From: an uncultured Mediterranea sp.
Lineage (GTDB): Bacteria > Bacteroidota > Bacteroidia > Bacteroidales > Bacteroidaceae
Assembly (NCBI GenBank): GCA_945836915.1
Contig: CAMAMO010000001.1
Span: forward strand, 1 to 50,862
Direction of reading: 5' to 3'
Length of the DNA: 50,862 nucleotides
The notes under the pieces are model-generated. The model searched no databases, was not told the DNA's origin, and worked only from the letters and a program-made list of their open reading frames with translations. A program made the translations under genes and the position numbers. Every line of letters starts with the position of its first letter. Position 1 is the first letter of the stretch. Shown one piece after another: positions 9,663 to 19,350 of the stretch.

Positions 9663-9671
9663 ATCTCCTGA

Positions 9672-11735
9672 TTATTTTACTTCGCTACCGGGAGCCACTT
9701 CGCGAAGGAGCGAGGTCACAGCCAGTGAGCCGTCGTAGTTTTCGGCGGATAGAATCATGCCTTCGCTGACCAAGCCGTTCTTGAACTGGCGTGGTGCCAA
9801 GTTGGCGATGAAGAGTACCTGCTTGCCAACCAACTCTTCGGGCTTGTAGTGCTGAGCGATACCGCTAACAATGGTGCGGTTCTCCAGTCCGTCGGCAATC
9901 TTGAATTGCAGCAGTTTCTTCATCTTGGGTACAGCGGTGCACTCCAGTACGGTACCTACACGGATATCAAGCTTTTCAAACTCTTCAAAGCTGATGGTAG
10001 GCTTCACCGGGTTGGCTTTGTGTGTAGCGGCTTCGTTGGCCTTCTTGGTAGCCAGCAGTTTATCGATTTGTGCCTGAATAGTCTCATCTTCAATCTTTTC
10101 AAAGAGCAGGGCTGGCTCACCCAATTGATGACCAGCAGGGAGTAGGTCGGTGTGACCTAACTGTGACCACTCAAACTCAGTCATGTTAATCATCTCACGC
10201 AGGCGTTTACTGCTGAAGGGGAGGAAGGGTTCGAAGGCGATACTCAGGTTAGCGGCCAGCTGAAGGGCAATGTAGAGGATGGTTTTTACCCGCTCGGGAT
10301 CGCTCTTTATCACTTTCCAGGGTTCGCTGTCGGCCAGGTATTTGTTGCCGATACGAGCCAGATTCATGGCCTCCTTCTGCGCGTCGCGGAACTTGAAGAG
10401 ATCGAGCAACTTCTCCACATCCTGTTTCACGTTGGCAAACTCATTGAGTGTTTCGCGATCGTAGTCGTTCAATTCTCCAGGTGCAGGTACCACGCCGTTG
10501 TAGTACTTCTTGGTGAGCTGCAAGGCGCGGTTGATGAAGTTACCATAGACTGCTACCAACTCGTTGTTGTTGCGAGCTTGGAAATCCTTCCAGGTAAAGT
10601 CGTTGTCTTTAGTTTCGGGGGCATTGGCTGTCAGCACGTAGCGCAATACATCCTGCTTGCCGGGGAAATCGGCCAGATATTCGTGGAGCCATACAGCCCA
10701 GTTGCGTGAGGTCGAAATCTTGTCACCCTCCAGGTTGAGGAACTCGTTTGAAGGAACGTTGTCCGGCATGATGTAACCACCATGAGCTTTCATCATCACG
10801 GGAAAGATGAGGCAGTGGAACACGATGTTGTCCTTACCGATGAAGTGAATCAGTCGGCTCTCTTCATCTTGCCACCACTTCTGCCAGCTACCCCAACGTT
10901 CAGGCTCTGCGTCGCAGAGTTCCTTGGTGTTAGAGATGTAACCGATGGGGGCATCAAACCAAACGTAGAGCACCTTGCCTTCAGCACCCTCAACGGGTAC
11001 GGGAATACCCCACTCCAGGTCGCGAGTCATAGCACGAGGCTGAAGATCCATGTCGAGCCACGATTTGCATTGACCATAGACGTTGGAGCGCCACTCCTTA
11101 TGTCCCTCGAGAATCCACTCACGCAGCCATTGCTGGTATTGGCCCAAGGGGAGGTACCAGTTCTTTGTGGGACGTTTTACCAGTCCGTGGCCAGGGTTGT
11201 TCTTGTTGGTGGGGTTAATCAGTTCGTCGGGCGAGAGGGTAGCACCGCACTTCTCACACTGGTCGCCATAAGCCCCTTCGGCACCGCAGCGCGGGCAGGT
11301 ACCTACGATATTGCGGTCTGTCAGGAACTCACCGGTCACCTCGTCGCAATACTGCTCTTCGACAATCTCCTCCAGCTTTCCTTCATCATAGAGCTTGCGG
11401 AAGAAATCTGAGGCGAATTGGTGGTGAATCTTGCTGGTGGTGCGGCTGTAGATGTCGAACGAGATACCAAACTCCTCGAATGAGCGTTTGATCAGTGAGT
11501 GGTAGCGATCTACTACATCTTGGGTAGTAATACCCTCTTTTTTGGCACGGATGGTGACAGGTACACCATGTTCATCACTACCGCCGATAAAGAGCACCTC
11601 CTCTTTCTTCAGGCGGAGGTAGCGTACGTAGATATCAGCTGGCACATAGACGCCGGCCAAGTGACCGATATGGACAGGACCATTGGCATAGGGCAATGCC
11701 GAGGTCACCGTGGTACGTTTGAATTTCTTTTCCAT
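9672..11735 (-). CDS. metG: Methionine--tRNA ligase with C-terminal tRNA-binding domain
   Basis: [19 protein letters not shown], Zn knuckle [31 protein letters not shown]-fold; TATTTTTG promoter at 11818-11825. Confidence 0.98.
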   Translation of the reverse strand: MEKKFKRTTVTSALPYANGPVHIGHLAGVYVPADIYVRYLRLKKEEVLFIGGSDEHGVPVTIRAKKEGITTQDVVDRYHSLIKRSFEEFGISFDIYSRTTSKIHHQFASDFFRKLYDEGKLEEIVEEQYCDEVTGEFLTDRNIVGTCPRCGAEGAYGDQCEKCGATLSPDELINPTNKNNPGHGLVKRPTKNWYLPLGQYQQWLREWILEGHKEWRSNVYGQCKSWLDMDLQPRAMTRDLEWGIPVPVEGAEGKVLYVWFDAPIGYISNTKELCDAEPERWGSWQKWWQDEESRLIHFIGKDNIVFHCLIFPVMMKAHGGYIMPDNVPSNEFLNLEGDKISTSRNWAVWLHEYLADFPGKQDVLRYVLTANAPETKDNDFTWKDFQARNNNELVAVYGNFINRALQLTKKYYNGVVPAPGELNDYDRETLNEFANVKQDVEKLLDLFKFRDAQKEAMNLARIGNKYLADSEPWKVIKSDPERVKTILYIALQLAANLSIAFEPFLPFSSKRLREMINMTEFEWSQLGHTDLLPAGHQLGEPALLFEKIEDETIQAQIDKLLATKKANEAATHKANPVKPTISFEEFEKLDIRVGTVLECTAVPKMKKLLQFKIADGLENRTIVSGIAQHYKPEELVGKQVLFIANLAPRQFKNGLVSEGMILSAENYDGSLAVTSLLREVAPGSEVK

Positions 11736-11877
11736 ATTTATATCTGTTTTTTTGTTTTTTCGTTACTAAGGCACCGCCACGTCTATGCGTTTGGTGCACA
11801 TCAATGAAATGACGCTGCAAAAATAGGGAAAAAGTTGCATTTCATTGTCATTTTCATGGGGTAATCTTTTCATTATC

Positions 11878-14223
11878 TTATGGAATCTCTGGTACGGCCT
11901 CTTTCAGCCAGAGGGAGAAACGGCTACCTACATTAATTTTCGACTGAACGGTGATGCGTCCCTTCATCTTTTGGGCAATCACTTTACAGATACTCAAGCC
12001 TAATCCGGTACCTTGGCGGAACTCATCCACTTTGTAGAAACGGTTGAAGATCATCAACTGCTGTTCGGGTGTCAAGCCGCAGCCGCTGTCTTCGACGTAG
12101 AGTTCCACTTCACCCTCTTCCTGGTGATGTTTCCATCCCAGATGGATATAACCTTTAGAGGTGCATTTGGCAGCATTGGTCAAGAAGTTCATCAGCACCT
12201 GCTCTATGCGTCCTTCATCACCTTCAATGGTGAGTCCTGATGTACCCTTCTCCACTATGTAATTCAGATGTTTAGGTGCTTGAACACTGAAACTTTGATA
12301 GACATACCCCATCAGTTTATCTACGCTGCAAGGTTTCACATGCAGGGTAATCTGTCCAGACTCCATGCGTGAGAGGTCGAGCACGTCGTTGATTAACTTC
12401 AGTAGCAGCTCGTTGTTTTTGTTGATGGTGCTAATCATATCCTCCTTCTCTTCATCCTCCAGTTCCATACCTGGAGTAGCTAAGATGCTACTGAATCCTA
12501 CGATGGCATTGAGCGGAGTGCGTATCTCATGGCTCATATTGGCCAGGAACGACTCCTTGAGTTCTGCCTTTTCCGCCATTTTCTGGGCCTCAATCAGCTC
12601 CATCTCACGCTTCTTTAGGTGTTCTATGTTGATGATAATACCAAAGTTGTTGCGATTGGCATCCAAACCGATGACGCTTTTGCTGGAAGCGTGGGACAGG
12701 TTGGCGCAGATTTGCCACCACTCGTAGTGATTGCCGCCAAGAAAATCACAACGAACCTCAAACTTAATCTCTTTGCCTTGGTCCATCGTAGCGAACATCT
12801 CAATAAAGGTGGTGCGCATCTCGGGATGGATAAACTCTATAAAGTCATCGAGATTGATGGTATGTGGTTCATCGCCTACGTAATTCCAGAACTCACTATC
12901 CAGACGTATTTCGCGCCCTTTCTTGCTCCACACAAAGGTACGGCTGCTTTGCAGGGCGTTCTTAAACATCTTTCGTTCCTCAAGCGACCGTTTGATGAGG
13001 TTACTTTTGTTACGACGTTCGCGGATGTAGAGCACTAACAGGAAGAGGATCACACCGCCCACAATCAAGCCAATGATACTGTAAACCCAGCGCACTAACA
13101 GGGGATGATAGTCACCGAAGTCGGCTCGTACCAGTTCGTAGTTCTTGGGGACGGAATCAATGGGAATACCCAGATGTTTGTACCGTTGCCAGTCTATGAA
13201 GTGGCCTTTGCGGCTGTTGTGAAGGGGGATGTTTGCAGGCTTCTCACCGCGCAGAATACGTATGGCTGTAGCCACACCATCAGCTGCTTGATACTTCATG
13301 GGCGAGAAGTAGCCGGCCAAGAAGGTGCCCTTGTCGGTGCCGAAGTAGTGATAGGTGGCGGTAAATTGCTCTTTGTTCGTAAAATTGAGCATGGCGTTCG
13401 AGAAGCCATCCGACTTCATCTGCAGGTAGTATTGCGGTTGATCAGAACGCATCATAAAGAAGAAGTTTTCGTCGCCTAAAGCCTCTCGTTGGCTCTGCTC
13501 AATATCTTTCATTGCTGAGTTTTGCTGTCCGTTGCGGATAGAGAGCGAGGTGAGAGTCAACATGCTATCGGGTGTAGAGCGCACGTTATACATCGTCTCT
13601 TTCCACTCCATGTTGTTGAGCACGTAGGGTACGGTGTCCAGTTGCTTGTTGCACTCATCCAGCATCTTTTTGTCGAGTACACGTCTCTCCATCATAGTGA
13701 AGACGTGACGTTTCCCCAGTATCTCTCGCACTACTTTTAGGTTTTCCAGTACTATGAGTGAGTCGGTTACGCCTGTCAGGTTATCGTAGCTATTGAGGAG
13801 GTTTTGGTTCGGAAACTCTACGCCCAAGAACATCACCGGTATCTTGTGGACTAATGGGTGATGGGTAATGAGCAGGGAATAGGTGGCTTGGTCGCCTACT
13901 GGGATAATCAAATCAGGTTCCTTGCCAGGCGGAATGTGGTTCATCACGTTCTTCATGAACTCCAGCTCCTCAGAGTGGTTGCATCGCTCGCAATCCAAGT
14001 AGTGTATGCTCAGATTGACTGGTTCTCCCTGTCGGCGGAATTCCGATTCAATTAGTCTGTTAAACTCGGGATAGTTGGGAAAAGCCTTGTCGTATGAGTG
14101 GATAACCAGCACGTTGTAATTGGCGGAGTGTTGGCAGTTGATAACCAAAAGAAGAGCACCTGCTACCAGCAGGAGCAGGGAGAGAATTTTGTAGAAAGTC
14201 TTCATCTTCTTTTTCATCATCAT
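11878..14223 (-). CDS. Membrane sensor histidine kinase (periplasmic solute-binding-like domain, PAS-like, HisKA, HATPase); no receiver domain
   Basis: FLANMSHEIRTPLNAIVGF H-box, NFLTNAAK N-box, VEDSGCG, GTGLGLSI; two TM segments. Confidence 0.92.
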   Translation of the reverse strand: MMMKKKMKTFYKILSLLLLVAGALLLVINCQHSANYNVLVIHSYDKAFPNYPEFNRLIESEFRRQGEPVNLSIHYLDCERCNHSEELEFMKNVMNHIPPGKEPDLIIPVGDQATYSLLITHHPLVHKIPVMFLGVEFPNQNLLNSYDNLTGVTDSLIVLENLKVVREILGKRHVFTMMERRVLDKKMLDECNKQLDTVPYVLNNMEWKETMYNVRSTPDSMLTLTSLSIRNGQQNSAMKDIEQSQREALGDENFFFMMRSDQPQYYLQMKSDGFSNAMLNFTNKEQFTATYHYFGTDKGTFLAGYFSPMKYQAADGVATAIRILRGEKPANIPLHNSRKGHFIDWQRYKHLGIPIDSVPKNYELVRADFGDYHPLLVRWVYSIIGLIVGGVILFLLVLYIRERRNKSNLIKRSLEERKMFKNALQSSRTFVWSKKGREIRLDSEFWNYVGDEPHTINLDDFIEFIHPEMRTTFIEMFATMDQGKEIKFEVRCDFLGGNHYEWWQICANLSHASSKSVIGLDANRNNFGIIINIEHLKKREMELIEAQKMAEKAELKESFLANMSHEIRTPLNAIVGFSSILATPGMELEDEEKEDMISTINKNNELLLKLINDVLDLSRMESGQITLHVKPCSVDKLMGYVYQSFSVQAPKHLNYIVEKGTSGLTIEGDEGRIEQVLMNFLTNAAKCTSKGYIHLGWKHHQEEGEVELYVEDSGCGLTPEQQLMIFNRFYKVDEFRQGTGLGLSICKVIAQKMKGRITVQSKINVGSRFSLWLKEAVPEIP

Positions 14224-14331
14224 TCTTTTTTTACTCTATATTTATTATTTAGAGCTGTTCTCCTCAGTCATTCCTTTTTCAGAGAGTTTTCACCGGGATT
14301 ACGCTCCTTTATGCATCTCCTTCTTTCTCTT

Positions 14332-16686
14332 TTACCCCCCCCCTATGGGCTTATCGATTACCTGATTTTCAGTCACTTTTAGCCAAATTGAGAAACGGCT
14401 ACCTCGACCAACTTCTGAATTGACGGTAATACGACCTTTCAGTTTCTCAGCAATGACACGACAGATAGATAGACCCAATCCGGTTCCTTGTTTAAACTCA
14501 TCCTTCTTAAAGAATCGGCCGAAGATGAGTGAACAGTCGGTTTTGCTCAGACCAATACCTGTATCTTCCACATAGATTTCTGCCTCTTGTCTCTCCTTAT
14601 GGTAGTTCCAGCCCAACGTAATACTTCCTTTGGGTGTAAACTTGGCCGCGTTGGTCAGGAAGTTCATCATAACCTGCTGGGCGCGTGCTTTGTCAATATG
14701 GAGCACCAGATTGTAGTTGCTTGGTTGATAGATAAACTCCAGATGATGAGGAGCCTGCACTTCGTAACTCTTATAGACACTATCTACAAAAGTGTTCACC
14801 TCTATATCTTCGAAGTTAAACTGCATGTAACCTGATTCGATGCGTGAAAGGTCGAGGATATCGTTTATCAGCTTCAACAAAAGATCGTTGTTCTTGTTGA
14901 TGGTAGCAATCATATCCTCTTTCTCTTCATCCTCCAACTCCATACCAGGAGTAGCCAGTATGTTGCTAAAGCCCACAATTGCATTGAGCGGGGTTCGTAT
15001 TTCGTGACTCATATTGGCCAGGAACGACTCCTTTAGATTGGCCTCCTCAACCTGCTTACGGGCCTCAATTAGTTCAGCCTCGCGTGACTTGATGCCGTCG
15101 ATATTGAAAATAAGGCCGAACATTTTCATCGTGCCGTCAGGTTCCTGGTTGCGCATGGCACGCATCTCCCACCAGCTATAGTGACCACTACCAGTAAAGT
15201 CGCACGAGAGCTGTACAATTATCTGCTTGTCTGCTATGTTATGCATCGTTGACTCCAGATAGATAGGGGGCTCTTTGGGGTTGATCCATTGTTGGAACAT
15301 CTGGCGATTCACCAAACAAGGCTCTTGACCAATGAAGCGCCAGAAGGCATCGTCAAACTCGGCCTCTTTCCCCACAGTGCGCCAAACAAAGCTTTGGTTG
15401 AAAGTACTGGCAATTTCCAGAGTGCTTTGCTTCTCTTTCAACTGCCCTAAGGCGATACGTTGTTGGCGGTTTGACCTTATTGCAGCAGTGATAGCCACGG
15501 CTAAACTGCCGATAATCACAATCCAGAAGAGGGTAAAGAGTGACCAGTAGATGTAGGGGTGAAGGGTTTGATAGGGGATGTTGACCAGATGGTATTTGGG
15601 TGGAATCTGACTGAGCGGCATTTGGTACTTTTTTGCCACAGCCCAATCCAAATAGTAATCTTTCTGACTGATGCGGTAGGGTATTTCGCTGGGCTTTCTC
15701 CCTTTGAAAATCTCGGCAGCCATCTCAGCCTGTTCATGGGCCCATGTCGGTATGGCGCTGAAATAACCGGCCAAGATACCGCTCTTGCTGGTGCCAAAGA
15801 GGTTGTTGATGCCTGAGAACTGCTGACGTAAAGACATGATGGCCAGCGTGTGCGAGGTAGCGTCGAACTTTATTAGGAGGTAGTACATCATTCCCGTCGG
15901 TCCCAGTGTCCAGAAGAAGTTCTCACTGCCACTCTGATCGGGACTGGTGATGCCATTCTCTAATCTGCCGCCTTTGGGGGTATAGACGTTACTACTCATG
16001 TAACGCATGGAGAGGCCTGTGATGGAGAGACTATCCTTAGAGAGATTGTAGAGTTTCCGAATGGGGTATTCCCAGTGGAAGTTGGTTAGGACAGGTTGCC
16101 CTTTTAATTGCTGACGCATCATGGCCTCAGCTTGGCGGTCAAAAAAACGGAGGTCGAGGTTGGTATAGACATGCTTACCGCCGGTTAACTCATGCATTAC
16201 TCTTATACTTTTGACTACATCCACCGTATCGCGTACACCGGTCAAGTTGTCAAATTGACTATAGAGTCTATAGTTTGGGAAGCGTACACCTCCAAACAGG
16301 ATGGGGCAACGCTTCAGTTCCTCGCGATGGGTCATCAGCAGGGCATAGGTGGACTGGTCTTCGGTGGTGATAATCAAATCGGGCCATGAACCGCGTTGAG
16401 AGACACTGTCAATCCAGTGGTTCATGATGCTGTCCTCGTGAATTTCAATGTAGCGGTTGCAATCCAGATAGTTGAATGAGAGTTCCGCTCTGACACCGTG
16501 GCTACGCAGCTCTTTAGCCAGTAGTTGGTTATACTCCTTATACTGCTCATACATGGCATCGTGAGAATGGATGACCCACACCCGTTTAGGTGGCTCGCTA
16601 AGGTATAGCGATACCATACCCACCCCCAGCAGAAGCAGGGGAATTATTAGGACTAATAGGCGATGTAATCTCTTTTTATTTGTCAT
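14332..16686 (-). CDS. Membrane sensor histidine kinase, paralog of the adjacent kinase; no receiver domain
   Basis: Same H, N and G boxes; WVIHSHD and YLDC periplasmic motifs; ends in GGGGGGGGG-TAA. Confidence 0.92.
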   Translation of the reverse strand: MTNKKRLHRLLVLIIPLLLLGVGMVSLYLSEPPKRVWVIHSHDAMYEQYKEYNQLLAKELRSHGVRAELSFNYLDCNRYIEIHEDSIMNHWIDSVSQRGSWPDLIITTEDQSTYALLMTHREELKRCPILFGGVRFPNYRLYSQFDNLTGVRDTVDVVKSIRVMHELTGGKHVYTNLDLRFFDRQAEAMMRQQLKGQPVLTNFHWEYPIRKLYNLSKDSLSITGLSMRYMSSNVYTPKGGRLENGITSPDQSGSENFFWTLGPTGMMYYLLIKFDATSHTLAIMSLRQQFSGINNLFGTSKSGILAGYFSAIPTWAHEQAEMAAEIFKGRKPSEIPYRISQKDYYLDWAVAKKYQMPLSQIPPKYHLVNIPYQTLHPYIYWSLFTLFWIVIIGSLAVAITAAIRSNRQQRIALGQLKEKQSTLEIASTFNQSFVWRTVGKEAEFDDAFWRFIGQEPCLVNRQMFQQWINPKEPPIYLESTMHNIADKQIIVQLSCDFTGSGHYSWWEMRAMRNQEPDGTMKMFGLIFNIDGIKSREAELIEARKQVEEANLKESFLANMSHEIRTPLNAIVGFSNILATPGMELEDEEKEDMIATINKNNDLLLKLINDILDLSRIESGYMQFNFEDIEVNTFVDSVYKSYEVQAPHHLEFIYQPSNYNLVLHIDKARAQQVMMNFLTNAAKFTPKGSITLGWNYHKERQEAEIYVEDTGIGLSKTDCSLIFGRFFKKDEFKQGTGLGLSICRVIAEKLKGRITVNSEVGRGSRFSIWLKVTENQVIDKPIGGG

Positions 16687-16755
16687 TGTTTTATTCTCTA
16701 CGATAGAATGTGATCAGAGCTCTCTAAAACGGGTGTATGTGATTGCCTACCGCGC

Positions 16756-19281
16756 TTATTCAGACAAGGGTTTACGCCTTCGGTAGCTGAAAATGGCAGC
16801 CAGCAGGAAACCAGTGAAGAGCAGGCCGGTGGCGGTATAGGCAATGCCTTCCGTGGTGTGGAGACTCTGTGGGTCAAAGCGCATCTCAATCTGGTGCTTG
16901 CCAGCTGGTAGATGGAGAGCGCGGAGCACGTAGTTGGCTCGGGCCAGTTCGGCAGGCTTGCCGTCGATGGTCACTTGCCAACCGTGGGGGTAGTAAATCT
17001 CGGAGAAGATGGCTACGCCCTCATGGTTGTTATTGGCCTCATAAACCAGATGGTTAGGGGCATAGCTGGTCAGCGTCAGTTTAGCCTCCGCATCTTTCTC
17101 CAAATTATGTACATCGTCCAGTATGGTGCTGAAGCGGCGATCTACCACGGCTGTGCGTAGCGGATCCAAGCCATCCAGCCCTTCCAGTTCGTCGTTGGCA
17201 TTGGCGGCATAACGTACCTCTTCCACAAACCAGGCATTGCCACAAGCATAGGGGTTATAGAGCGGTGCTGTCTGCCCCGAACGATCTACGGGGAGGATGA
17301 AGTAGCGGGTGTTGAGCATGTTGAGTACTGGGAAGAGTCCGCCGTTGACGCTGTCCATTTCAGCTTTCGCTTGGTGTATGGCGTAGTAGGCTGTACGCAT
17401 CTCGCTGTCGATGTGGTGGTCTATCAACTCTTGATAGCGGCCCAGTTTAGCTGGATGGTAACCACCGATGCTCTTGTGCCAGTAGGAGGTATTGTTCTCA
17501 TTGAAAGTGTTGCTGGCCAGATTGAGCACACGGAAATCAATAGCCTTGTCGGCCAGAATCACCTCATCCGTTGGGGTTTTTGTAAACGACTCGGTGCGTA
17601 CATCAGCGGTGATAAACAGGCTGTCGTTAAGGTAACGTTTGTTGATGTTCCACATATCCACCAAGCAGATTACGGCTAAGCCAACCAGTGCAAGGCCACT
17701 TTTCAGCTTACCCCAAGCAAAGAGCAAAAGCAATCCCATTCCCAAGGCGCAGACAAAAAAGCTACGCAAGGCATCGCTGCTCACCAGCGCTTCGCGCATA
17801 GCGCTGAGGCTGGCTACGATACCACCCATATCGTTGGCGCTGAGCTGCTGCTGAGAAACCGCCTGTTTTAGGGCGTTCATTTCATTACTCGGCACGTAGC
17901 TGTTGCCCAGTATTCCTGGCATGAAGTGGAGCAGTAGAGTTAATCCTACCACAGCCAATCCGGCATAAAGCGTACGACGCTCACGCCAAATCAGCTTAGG
18001 ATCGCTCAGCAACTCCTTCAACGTTAGGATAGCCAGTAACGGCATGGCAAACTCGGCTATCACCAAGATGCTTGATACGGCGCGGAATTTATTGTACATC
18101 GGCATGTAGTCGATGAAGAGGTCGGTTAGCGGCATGAAGTTCTTACCCCATGACAGAAGGATAGAGAAGAGGGTTGCACCCAGTAGCGCCCATTTCATCG
18201 GACCTTTAATCAGGAAGCAGCCCATCACAAAGAGCATCACGACCAAGGCTCCTACATAGACAGGCCCCGAGGTACCTGGCTGCTCACCGAAGTACTGTCC
18301 CCATTGATAGATGCCCGTCTGAGTATATTGCGGGTCAGCCTTCTCCAGAGCTATAGCACTCTGCATCAGCGAGTGGCTGGATGAGCCTCCTTTGTAGTTA
18401 GGCACCAACAGGGTCATCGTCTCTCCGATGCCATAGCTCCATTGGGTGATGTAATCTCGCTCCAAACCACCTGTAGCGGCTTGATTGGCGCTGCTCTCCT
18501 TTACCAGTTCACTCTTGCCACGCATGCTCTCCTTGCTGTAGCTGTAGGTGTGATAGAGGTTGCTCAGGTTGATGGCGACGCCAACGATGCCTGCAACCAG
18601 CACCACTAACGTGGCCTTGATAAAACGTTTGAGTTGCTTTTCGCGAAGGGCCTCAACCAGATAGGCTATCACAATAAAGAGCATTACAAAGCCGAAGTAG
18701 TAGGACATCTGCAGGTGGTTCGATGCAATCTGCATGGCGGTAAACAGGGCGGTGACCAATCCACCCCACAGCAGTTTGCCACGATAGGCCAGTACCAAAC
18801 CGGCAATGGTAGGGGGAATATAAGCCAGGGTGATGAATTTCCAGATATGTCCGGCAGAGATGATGATGAAAAAGTAGCTTGAGAAGGCCCATAACACCCC
18901 TCCTAAGCCGGCATACCAAGCTGGCAGACCGAAGGCACGTAGAAGGATATAGAATCCCGTCATCAAGATAAAGGTGAGATAGACATACTCTGGTAGGAAG
19001 AGGCGGTAAGCCTTCTGCACCCAGTTCAGGGCTCGTGTGGAGTCGTACGACGGGGCAATCTGATAGGTTGGCATACCGCCAAAGACCGAGTTGGTCCAGC
19101 GAGTCGTATGTCCGGTCTGTTCCTTGAAGTTTTTCGCCTCCTGACCCAGTCCTACACCAGCCGCTGTATCGTGTTGGAAGAGTACGCGGTGCTCCACATC
19201 AGCCGGATAGAAATAGGCAAACGACAGCAACGCAAAGAGCGCTACCATCATGATATCAGGTAAAAGTCGTTTTATCATCAT
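16756..19281 (-). CDS. YfhO family GT-C-type membrane glycosyltransferase
   Basis: WTNSVFGGMPTY, NHLQMSYY, SYGIGET, GGYHPAKL, FSEIYYPHGW, RANYVLRAL. Start MMIKR at 19281, after TATTTTTG at 19316-19323. Confidence 0.88.
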   Translation of the reverse strand: MMIKRLLPDIMMVALFALLSFAYFYPADVEHRVLFQHDTAAGVGLGQEAKNFKEQTGHTTRWTNSVFGGMPTYQIAPSYDSTRALNWVQKAYRLFLPEYVYLTFILMTGFYILLRAFGLPAWYAGLGGVLWAFSSYFFIIISAGHIWKFITLAYIPPTIAGLVLAYRGKLLWGGLVTALFTAMQIASNHLQMSYYFGFVMLFIVIAYLVEALREKQLKRFIKATLVVLVAGIVGVAINLSNLYHTYSYSKESMRGKSELVKESSANQAATGGLERDYITQWSYGIGETMTLLVPNYKGGSSSHSLMQSAIALEKADPQYTQTGIYQWGQYFGEQPGTSGPVYVGALVVMLFVMGCFLIKGPMKWALLGATLFSILLSWGKNFMPLTDLFIDYMPMYNKFRAVSSILVIAEFAMPLLAILTLKELLSDPKLIWRERRTLYAGLAVVGLTLLLHFMPGILGNSYVPSNEMNALKQAVSQQQLSANDMGGIVASLSAMREALVSSDALRSFFVCALGMGLLLLFAWGKLKSGLALVGLAVICLVDMWNINKRYLNDSLFITADVRTESFTKTPTDEVILADKAIDFRVLNLASNTFNENNTSYWHKSIGGYHPAKLGRYQELIDHHIDSEMRTAYYAIHQAKAEMDSVNGGLFPVLNMLNTRYFILPVDRSGQTAPLYNPYACGNAWFVEEVRYAANANDELEGLDGLDPLRTAVVDRRFSTILDDVHNLEKDAEAKLTLTSYAPNHLVYEANNNHEGVAIFSEIYYPHGWQVTIDGKPAELARANYVLRALHLPAGKHQIEMRFDPQSLHTTEGIAYTATGLLFTGFLLAAIFSYRRRKPLSE

Positions 19282-19350
19282 TCTGTTGAAAAAATAGTCG
19301 TTCCAATTTAGTTTGCAAAAATAGCAATAAATAATCAAATAGCCAACTAT

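Noticed and set aside
11736-11815. Riboswitch or T-box in the metG leader
   Set aside because: Only a weak GCACC/GGTGC stem; no SAM-I, SAM-II or T-box consensus, and the leader is short
14224-14343. Readthrough or frameshift fusion of the two histidine kinases, which are in the same frame
   Set aside because: All three frames of the spacer contain stop codons
11878-16686. The kinases as AI-2 receptors partnered with luxS
   Set aside because: They are about 26 kb away, and no LuxP, LsrB or dCACHE residues can be recognised; nothing in the sequence supports the link
19282-19338. N-terminal extensions in the ORF track (also 1102-1134, 5785-5829, 30124-30192, 44370-44468)
   Set aside because: The extensions overlap or lie next to TAnnTTTG promoter elements and lack family-like sequence, so downstream ATG starts were used
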